Source of the DNA: a virus
Strand: one strand, 5' to 3'
Length of the DNA: 64,000 bases
Virus record (IMG/VR): IMGVR_UViG_3300025834_000005
Both the position numbers and the translations under genes were made by a program. Every line of letters starts with the position of its first letter. Position 1 is the first letter of the stretch. Shown in pieces: positions 54,422-59,216 of this stretch. The notes under the pieces are model-generated. The model did not search any database and had not been told where the DNA came from. It saw only the letters and a list, made by a program, of their open reading frames with translations.

Positions 54422-55355
54422 AGTATTTTGCGAACATTTTAAAATCGTTCTTGGTTAACGCTGAATCCACAGTGTCAACATTACCTCTTATTTTCTCGTA
54501 AAGTTTCTTAGCTAATTTAGCATTATAAATTAAAAGATTCACCATTTGAGGATTAAACTCATATTTTTCGATATTTTTCAAATATTCATCGTCATTGGGA
54601 CTGTACATGAATGTTAAAGCTAAATTTCTATCTTGTGAAAAGAATGAAAAAGCGAAAATATCACCATTGCCAACACCTCTCATTTCAACCTTAACGAATT
54701 TGAATTTGGTTGGTTGACTTTCGCCATTCGATCTATCAACAACCAACAAGGGTAATTCAGGTTTATTCATGAATTTACCAAACATATTATCGAGAACATC
54801 TTGTCTTATTTTTCTTGTTCTTGAATCAGGTCTATCGGTTTTAAATGCTTTTGAACCCATTTCAGCACCGATCTCATTAATCTTAGCACTATCGACAGCA
54901 TTGATGCCATCGTGTGAGCTATTACCAATAGTATCGTCCTCTGTACCATCGCTGAGGTTAGCTTCATCCATTTCTGAATCAGTGTTAAAGAAATTTTCTC
55001 TCTTATCTACGAAATCGCCCCATGAGGTTACTAAAAATTGTCTCTCCTTTGTATCGTAAACAATTGTTTTCTCATATGTATCGCCCATATTTATATACAA
55101 GCCGATAGCGTCTCTCCAATAATTATCAACAGATTCGTTTTCATCAGTTATTGTTTCAACGCCATAACCCTCTAAATACTTGTTAGCATTGTCCATAGCA
55201 TCTTCAACAGAATTTTGTGATAGATGTTCTCCGTTAAGTTTCTCAGCATATCTCTCAATAACATTGCTTTCGTCATCGATTTCATTCACGCTTCCGAAAT
55301 GTTGATCAATTCTTCCCATTACCTCAAATAACCTTTGTTTACTATTTTTTTTCAT
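54420..55355 (-). CDS. RLFE-leader family protein C (acidic)
   Basis: N-terminus MKKNSKQRLFEVMGRIDQHF. Confidence 0.65.
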   Translation of the reverse strand: MKKNSKQRLFEVMGRIDQHFGSVNEIDDESNVIERYAEKLNGEHLSQNSVEDAMDNANKYLEGYGVETITDENESVDNYWRDAIGLYINMGDTYEKTIVYDTKERQFLVTSWGDFVDKRENFFNTDSEMDEANLSDGTEDDTIGNSSHDGINAVDSAKINEIGAEMGSKAFKTDRPDSRTRKIRQDVLDNMFGKFMNKPELPLLVVDRSNGESQPTKFKFVKVEMRGVGNGDIFAFSFFSQDRNLALTFMYSPNDDEYLKNIEKYEFNPQMVNLLIYNAKLAKKLYEKIRGNVDTVDSALTKNDFKMFAKY

Positions 55356-55365
55356 GTTGATATTT

Positions 55366-55797
55366 TTAATTAAAACTTACTGTGCATGTATTATTTTTAA
55401 AATCGAATTGAAGATCAGTAGCGTATAAAGTACCACCGTTTGTTAGATTGGCTTCACCAATTATGAATCTCCATTTATATTCGTCTATGTTCTTTTCGGT
55501 ATTCGATATTAATTCATCTGTGTTCTTGTCTCTGAGTTCAAGACTAAATGTTCCTTCCAATCCTATGATAACTATTTTCATATACCCGATACCTTGTTCA
55601 TCAGGATTAAACCCAATACCCCAATTAATAACGATATTGCTGTCATTAATGTCTGATTCATATTCAGATGATATGTTGTCATAGTTGAAAAAATGAGATT
55701 GCTCAATAACGGATTTGAATGTGAACTGACCATTAGCGTATACGTAATTTTCGCTTATTAGCCTGATTTCATCGTTGATAATCTTATTAATATTCAT
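55366..55797 (-). CDS. hypothetical protein
   Basis: Start moved to M14 (MNINK...) because the phage motif lies inside the first 13 track codons. Confidence 0.5.
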   Translation of the reverse strand: MNINKIINDEIRLISENYVYANGQFTFKSVIEQSHFFNYDNISSEYESDINDSNIVINWGIGFNPDEQGIGYMKIVIIGLEGTFSLELRDKNTDELISNTEKNIDEYKWRFIIGEANLTNGGTLYATDLQFDFKNNTCTVSFN

Positions 55798-55811
55798 ATT
55801 GTCAATATTTT

Positions 55812-55824
55812 TATAATAAATACT
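55812..55824 (-). promoter_or_regulatory. phage-specific upstream motif (sense AGTATTTATTATA)
   Basis: 15 nt upstream of ATG 55797. Confidence 0.5.
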
Positions 55825-55854
55825 TATTTTTTTCAAATTATTTACTATTTATAC

Positions 55855-55885
55855 TTGCACATGTGATTTATTTGAATTACTTTTG
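55855..55885 (+). promoter_or_regulatory. Bacteroidota sigma-A-type promoter of leader unit 3
   Basis: ACTATTTATAcTTGca-N20-TActTTTG. Confidence 0.65.
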
Positions 55886-55913
55886 TGCCAGTTAAAATAA
55901 TTAAAAAATAGAA

Positions 55914-55991
55914 ATGATGAATGCAACACTTAAATACGGAAAGACTACTAAATCTTATAAAAAATATAAGATGAAGAAGGACTGTGTGTAA
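55914..55991 (+). CDS. leader peptide 3 (MMNATLKYGKTTKSYKKYKMKKDCV)
   Basis: Conserved AGAAAtgATGA context. 8 Lys (AAA and AAG) and 3 Tyr (TAC and TAT) codons precede the Lys/Tyr tRNA array. Confidence 0.6.
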   Translation: MMNATLKYGKTTKSYKKYKMKKDCV

Positions 55992-56013
55992 GTGAACTAT
56001 ATATAATATATTC

Positions 56014-56048
56014 AAAAACCCAGTCTTAATTTAAGTCTGGGTTTTTTT
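56014..56048 (+). terminator. intrinsic terminator (attenuator 3)
   Basis: cccagtctt-aattt-aagtctggg plus T7. 15 nt before the first tRNA. Confidence 0.8.
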
Positions 56049-56062
56049 ATGTTAAAAAATTC

Positions 56063-56134
56063 GCTCCTATAGCTTAATGGTAAAGCCTTCGACCTTTAAT
56101 CGAATGACCCCTGAATCAGTATCAGGTGGGAGCA
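56063..56134 (+). tRNA. tRNA-Lys (UUU)-like variant with C33 and a non-canonical T-loop
   Basis: Acceptor gctccta/tgggagc. Loop cctttaa. T-arm cctga-atcagta-tcagg. Confidence 0.55.
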
Positions 56135-56150
56135 CAGAGTATAATAAGTC

Positions 56151-56221
56151 GCTTCTATAGCTCAATGGTAGAGCTTGTAACTTTTAATTATAAGACCTCG
56201 GTTCGATTCCGAGTAGGAGCA
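56151..56221 (+). tRNA. tRNA-Lys (UUU)
   Basis: Acceptor gcttcta/taggagc. Loop cttttaa. T-arm ctcgg-ttcgatt-ccgag. Confidence 0.8.
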
Positions 56222-56230
56222 CAAAATATT

Positions 56231-56304
56231 GCCTTCGTAGCTTAAATGGATAAAGCTACGCCCTCTTAAGGCGAGGACTGTGGGATCGTACCCCACCGAG
56301 GGCA
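56231..56304 (+). tRNA. tRNA-Lys (CUU)
   Basis: Acceptor gccttcg/cgagggc. Loop ctcttaa. T-arm gtggg-atcgtac-cccac. Confidence 0.75.
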
Positions 56305-56379
56305 CTAACTGAAACACGAATCCAAGTTTCTGTCAACTCATTCGCTTAGAGTGAGAAGAGTTTAGAGGATTCATATATT

Positions 56380-56473
56380 GGGAGTCTAACGGCAGCAGAC
56401 TGTAAATCTGCCCTGCTTTAAAAAATTGTCGTACTGGAATAGCAGTAGAAAGGTTCGAATCCTTTGGCTCTCA
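56380..56473 (+). tRNA. aberrant tRNA-Tyr (GUA)-like gene: no room for a normal D-arm and a 37-nt variable region
   Basis: Acceptor gggagtc/ggctctc. Anticodon arm gcaga-ctgtaaa-tctgc. T-arm aaagg-ttcgaat-ccttt. Only 8 nt between acceptor and anticodon stem. Confidence 0.4.
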
Positions 56474-56484
56474 CAAATAAATAA

Positions 56485-56566
56485 GGGTAAGATGGTAAAT
56501 TGATTAAATCAGAGGCTTGTAACACCTTCGTCATCGACTATGTAGGTTTGATTCCTACCTTACCCA
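56485..56566 (+). tRNA. tRNA-Tyr (GUA), long variable arm
   Basis: Perfect acceptor gggtaag/cttaccc. Loop ttgtaac. Variable cgtcatcgactat. T-arm gtagg-tttgatt-cctac. Confidence 0.7.
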
Positions 56567-57221
56567 CAATGATCGCAGTAATTATATTTAAGAATTTCTG
56601 CGATGTCTGTTCTTTGAAATATTTTTGGGTTGATGTATCGATGATACAAAATTCGATTCCATGTTCAATACATGCTTGAAATTTACGATCATCGTTATTT
56701 TGAATTTTAACCAGTTTATCTTGACCGTAGATTGGCTCGTAATGAAATATTCCATTTAGCTCGAAAGCAAGTTTTAATGACGGAATATAAATATCAAGTT
56801 CTGAATTAATAGCTTCTTTACGATTGAAATGAATTTCAAGACAAGGATAAAGCTTTGTAAGTTCTATTTCAAGATATACTTCAAGTTTTGATCGTCTATT
56901 GCCAGTCGTCTTATGTTTATTATTATAAGTGGCTGCACATGACTTACAACAGAAGTTATTAACATTATCTTTCACTGATGAAAATTTCTTTAAAAAGGAT
57001 ATTCCACAATTATTGCATTTTACGTTTATCTTTGTAATCTGTGATAGTGCCATGCATTTTCTTGAGCAAAAATCAATACTGTTAGTCGTGTTACCTTTCA
57101 AATAGTACTTAATTAGTTTCTTTTCAACAAAAAAGGTATTTTCACATGTTAAGCATTTGCATGGCAATTTGTCAGTGCCCTTAGCTTGGTCGTATTCAAT
57201 ATCAATGTATAATGGATTCAT
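56538..57221 (-). CDS. zinc-finger + PD-(D/E)xK (Vsr/DUF559-like) homing endonuclease
   Basis: Two CxxC...FCSxxC modules, then ELDIYIPSLKLAFELNGIFHY, paralogous to LDFKHKNKIIEYNGNYWH in the terL intein. The TAG stop and last 29 nt are antisense to tRNA-Tyr. Confidence 0.7.
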   Translation of the reverse strand: MNPLYIDIEYDQAKGTDKLPCKCLTCENTFFVEKKLIKYYLKGNTTNSIDFCSRKCMALSQITKINVKCNNCGISFLKKFSSVKDNVNNFCCKSCAATYNNKHKTTGNRRSKLEVYLEIELTKLYPCLEIHFNRKEAINSELDIYIPSLKLAFELNGIFHYEPIYGQDKLVKIQNNDDRKFQACIEHGIEFCIIDTSTQKYFKEQTSQKFLNIITAIIVGKVGIKPT

Positions 57222-57229
57222 ATTCTTTT

Positions 57230-57241
57230 ATTATAAATACT
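57230..57241 (-). promoter_or_regulatory. phage-specific upstream motif (sense AGTATTTATAAT)
   Basis: 9 nt upstream of ATG 57221. Confidence 0.5.
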
Positions 57242-57316
57242 ATCAATTTTGAAATTCGAAACACCATACGCCCACAAATATTTTATTAATAGAAATTACT
57301 TTAAAATTAATTAGTT

Positions 57317-57556
57317 ATGGAAACATTAGTAGAGATCATCAAAGGAAATCGTGCAATTATGTCGCACGTATGTAATGGTAAGGCTTATTTTACCATCGAG
57401 ACAATGAATAACAAGTATCAACTTGAAATGGATACCACTGATCGTGATTGGAAGACAACTCATATGCAAACTGAGTATGCTGCAATTACTTTGATGCGTT
57501 GGATTCGAAGAGGTTTAGACGAAAAGGACGGTACATTTATATCACTATATGAGTAA
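57317..57556 (+). CDS. hypothetical protein
   Basis: 79-aa ORF followed by a terminator. Confidence 0.55.
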   Translation: METLVEIIKGNRAIMSHVCNGKAYFTIETMNNKYQLEMDTTDRDWKTTHMQTEYAAITLMRWIRRGLDEKDGTFISLYE

Positions 57557-57582
57557 CTTATAATCAGCTTGGAAACAAAAGT

Positions 57583-57612
57583 GCGATTGAAGAAATTTAA
57601 TCGCCATTTTTT
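57583..57612 (+). terminator. intrinsic terminator
   Basis: gcgatt-N10-aatcgc hairpin, then caT6. Confidence 0.55.
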
Positions 57613-57651
57613 GTAACCTTTTCACTTTCTCAACGTATAAGAATGAAAATT

Positions 57652-57726
57652 GGCTCATTATATTAGCGGTCAGATGGCGGAATTCTAAACTCCGAGACGT
57701 GGGTTCGAGTCCCACACGAGCCACCA
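57652..57726 (+). tRNA. suppressor-type tRNA, anticodon CUA (reads UAG), with genomically encoded CCA
   Basis: Acceptor ggctcat/acgagcc (one A-C mismatch), A73, then cca. D-loop agcggtca. Anticodon arm cggaa-ttctaaa-ctccg. T-arm gtggg-ttcgagt-cccac. Confidence 0.6.
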
Positions 57727-57744
57727 AAATTTATAAATAAGTAA

Positions 57745-58032
57745 ATGAATAAAATAATTGCGGAAGATTTATATTCTGAAAGTCCTGATAAATTTAAGGT
57801 GTTTAGAGAATGGGGTGCTGTTAATGCGTCAGTTACAAAATTTTTGTATAACGCAACACCTAAGACATTTATATTTCTTTTTGGTGAAGATGAAGGAATG
57901 AGACTTTGGGGACATTTTTGTAATGACTGCAATAGAAAAGATTTTACGTTATTTAAGACGTATTTATCGTCAACACAATTTAATGATCTGCTTGTGAATA
58001 TCCATTACAATGAATTAATATTCTGCTTATGA
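57745..58032 (+). CDS. hypothetical protein
   Basis: 95-aa ATG ORF. Confidence 0.55.
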   Translation: MNKIIAEDLYSESPDKFKVFREWGAVNASVTKFLYNATPKTFIFLFGEDEGMRLWGHFCNDCNRKDFTLFKTYLSSTQFNDLLVNIHYNELIFCL

Positions 58033-58074
58033 AATGAATATTTATAAATCAATAAAAGAATTTAAAAAAAAGAC

Positions 58075-58105
58075 TTGCATAATTGAATTATTTAGTTTAT
58101 TTTTG
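58075..58105 (+). promoter_or_regulatory. Bacteroidota sigma-A-type promoter
   Basis: cTTGca-N20-TAttTTTG, 35 nt before ATG 58140. Confidence 0.6.
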
Positions 58106-58139
58106 CAGAGTTAAGTATTTAATATAAAAACGTAGTATT

Positions 58140-58472
58140 ATGAAGAAGTAGATTAAGTTAGTAACGATCACCAGAAAAGACCTGAAAGCAGGTTACCAGT
58201 TATGCCAAACCTCACATTCTGTGGCCGAGTTTGCATACACTTATCCAGATCATTTCAATGATTGGATGCGAGATTCCAAATATCTCATTTCATTGTCTGT
58301 CGATAATGAAGACCACCTCAAAACCCTTTTTGACAAATTAAAGACCAATGGTGCTACTATTGTGGCATTCACTGAACCTGATATTAACGATCAGCTGACA
58401 TCGATATGTTATTACGGCACACCTGAGTTGAGAAAATTAACTGACCATTTGGATTTAGCATTAAAAAATTAA
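58140..58472 (+). CDS. PTH2-family peptidyl-tRNA hydrolase-like protein with an in-frame TAG at codon 4 (58149-58151)
   Basis: Reads MKK-TAG-IKLVTITRKDLKAGYQLCQTSHSVAEFAY...W...ISLSV..E..L..L...LKTNGA....FTEP....TSICYYG......LTDHLDL. This matches the PTH2 pattern LVVRxDLKMGKGKxAAQCSHAA. The track ORF starts only at GTG 58221 and would lose that conserved N-terminus. Confidence 0.55.
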
Positions 58473-58523
58473 CGTTATGAGAAAGATATAGATACGCCCT
58501 CCATAACGTCATGGGAAACCATG

Positions 58524-58542
58524 AATTTGCGATTCGCAAATT
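58524..58542. promoter_or_regulatory. perfect 9-1-9 palindrome AATTTGCGA-T-TCGCAAATT
   Basis: Read directly from the sequence. Intergenic, between the PTH2-like gene and gene 58620. Confidence 0.4.
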
Positions 58543-58619
58543 GCAAATCAACCGCAGAGGTTATTCAGAATGATTAATGCGTATTAATTAAAAATGTTAA
58601 AATTTAAATAAAAAATATC

Positions 58620-59063
58620 ATGGAAACAGTAGTAAATAGTTTGAAAATTGTATCAAAAGATACTAAAGATTTAGTAAATGGCATCGTTAACGTAATTGAG
58701 GTGATTAATAATAAGATCAAAACAACTGATTGGCAGAAATCGGCTTCATTGGAAGCATACGTCAATCCAAAGTTATCTTCATTGGTTAATGATTTGGGGA
58801 CATGTGACAGAAAAAGATTGAAAAGAATGTTAAACAGATGTATGTCTAAACCTTCTATCAGAAACATTAATTCGGTTATTCATTTTCTATCAAAAACAGT
58901 GTATAACAATCTAATCCCTACGTCTTATGTACGTGTATCAGCGAAAGAAGCAAGTATCATTGCTTTACGTAAGAAGTATGTGGAATCTCGTAAAGCTACA
59001 ATAGCTATATACGATGAGTATAAGAGTGTTAAGGGTGATTATTATAAAACTAAATCAATTTAA
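58620..59063 (+). CDS. hypothetical protein
   Basis: 147-aa ATG ORF. Confidence 0.6.
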   Translation: METVVNSLKIVSKDTKDLVNGIVNVIEVINNKIKTTDWQKSASLEAYVNPKLSSLVNDLGTCDRKRLKRMLNRCMSKPSIRNINSVIHFLSKTVYNNLIPTSYVRVSAKEASIIALRKKYVESRKATIAIYDEYKSVKGDYYKTKSI

Positions 59064-59098
59064 TTGTAAAATAAAGTTGAATTTATTTAAAAAAATCA

Positions 59099-59129
59099 TT
59101 GCCTAATAAAAATAGAACAGGTATATTTG
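59099..59129 (+). promoter_or_regulatory. Bacteroidota sigma-A-type promoter (nrdJ)
   Basis: aTTGcc-N20-TAtaTTTG. The -7 element sits in the loop of terminator hairpin 59111-59156. Confidence 0.6.
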
Positions 59130-59156
59130 CAGAATGTATCGGTTCTATTTTTTTTG
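59111..59156 (+). terminator. terminator hairpin overlapping the nrdJ promoter
   Basis: 8-bp stem aatagaac/gttctatt with a 23-nt loop, then T8. Confidence 0.5.
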
Positions 59157-59216
59157 TGCTAAAAACATGGAAAAATTTATAAATCGATCCTATTTATAAA
59201 AGCAAAAATTAAGTAT

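Noticed and set aside
4286-57241. Calling the upstream motif a T4-type late promoter (TATAAATA)
   Set aside because: The octamer appears only on the strand opposite to the downstream gene. In sense orientation the motif is GTATTTATA. It is therefore treated as a distinct phage-specific element.
58470-58577. TAA read-through extension after the PTH2-like gene (34 further open codons)
   Set aside because: The PTH2 domain is already complete at the TAA. No ochre-suppressor tRNA was seen. The extension shows no recognisable similarity.
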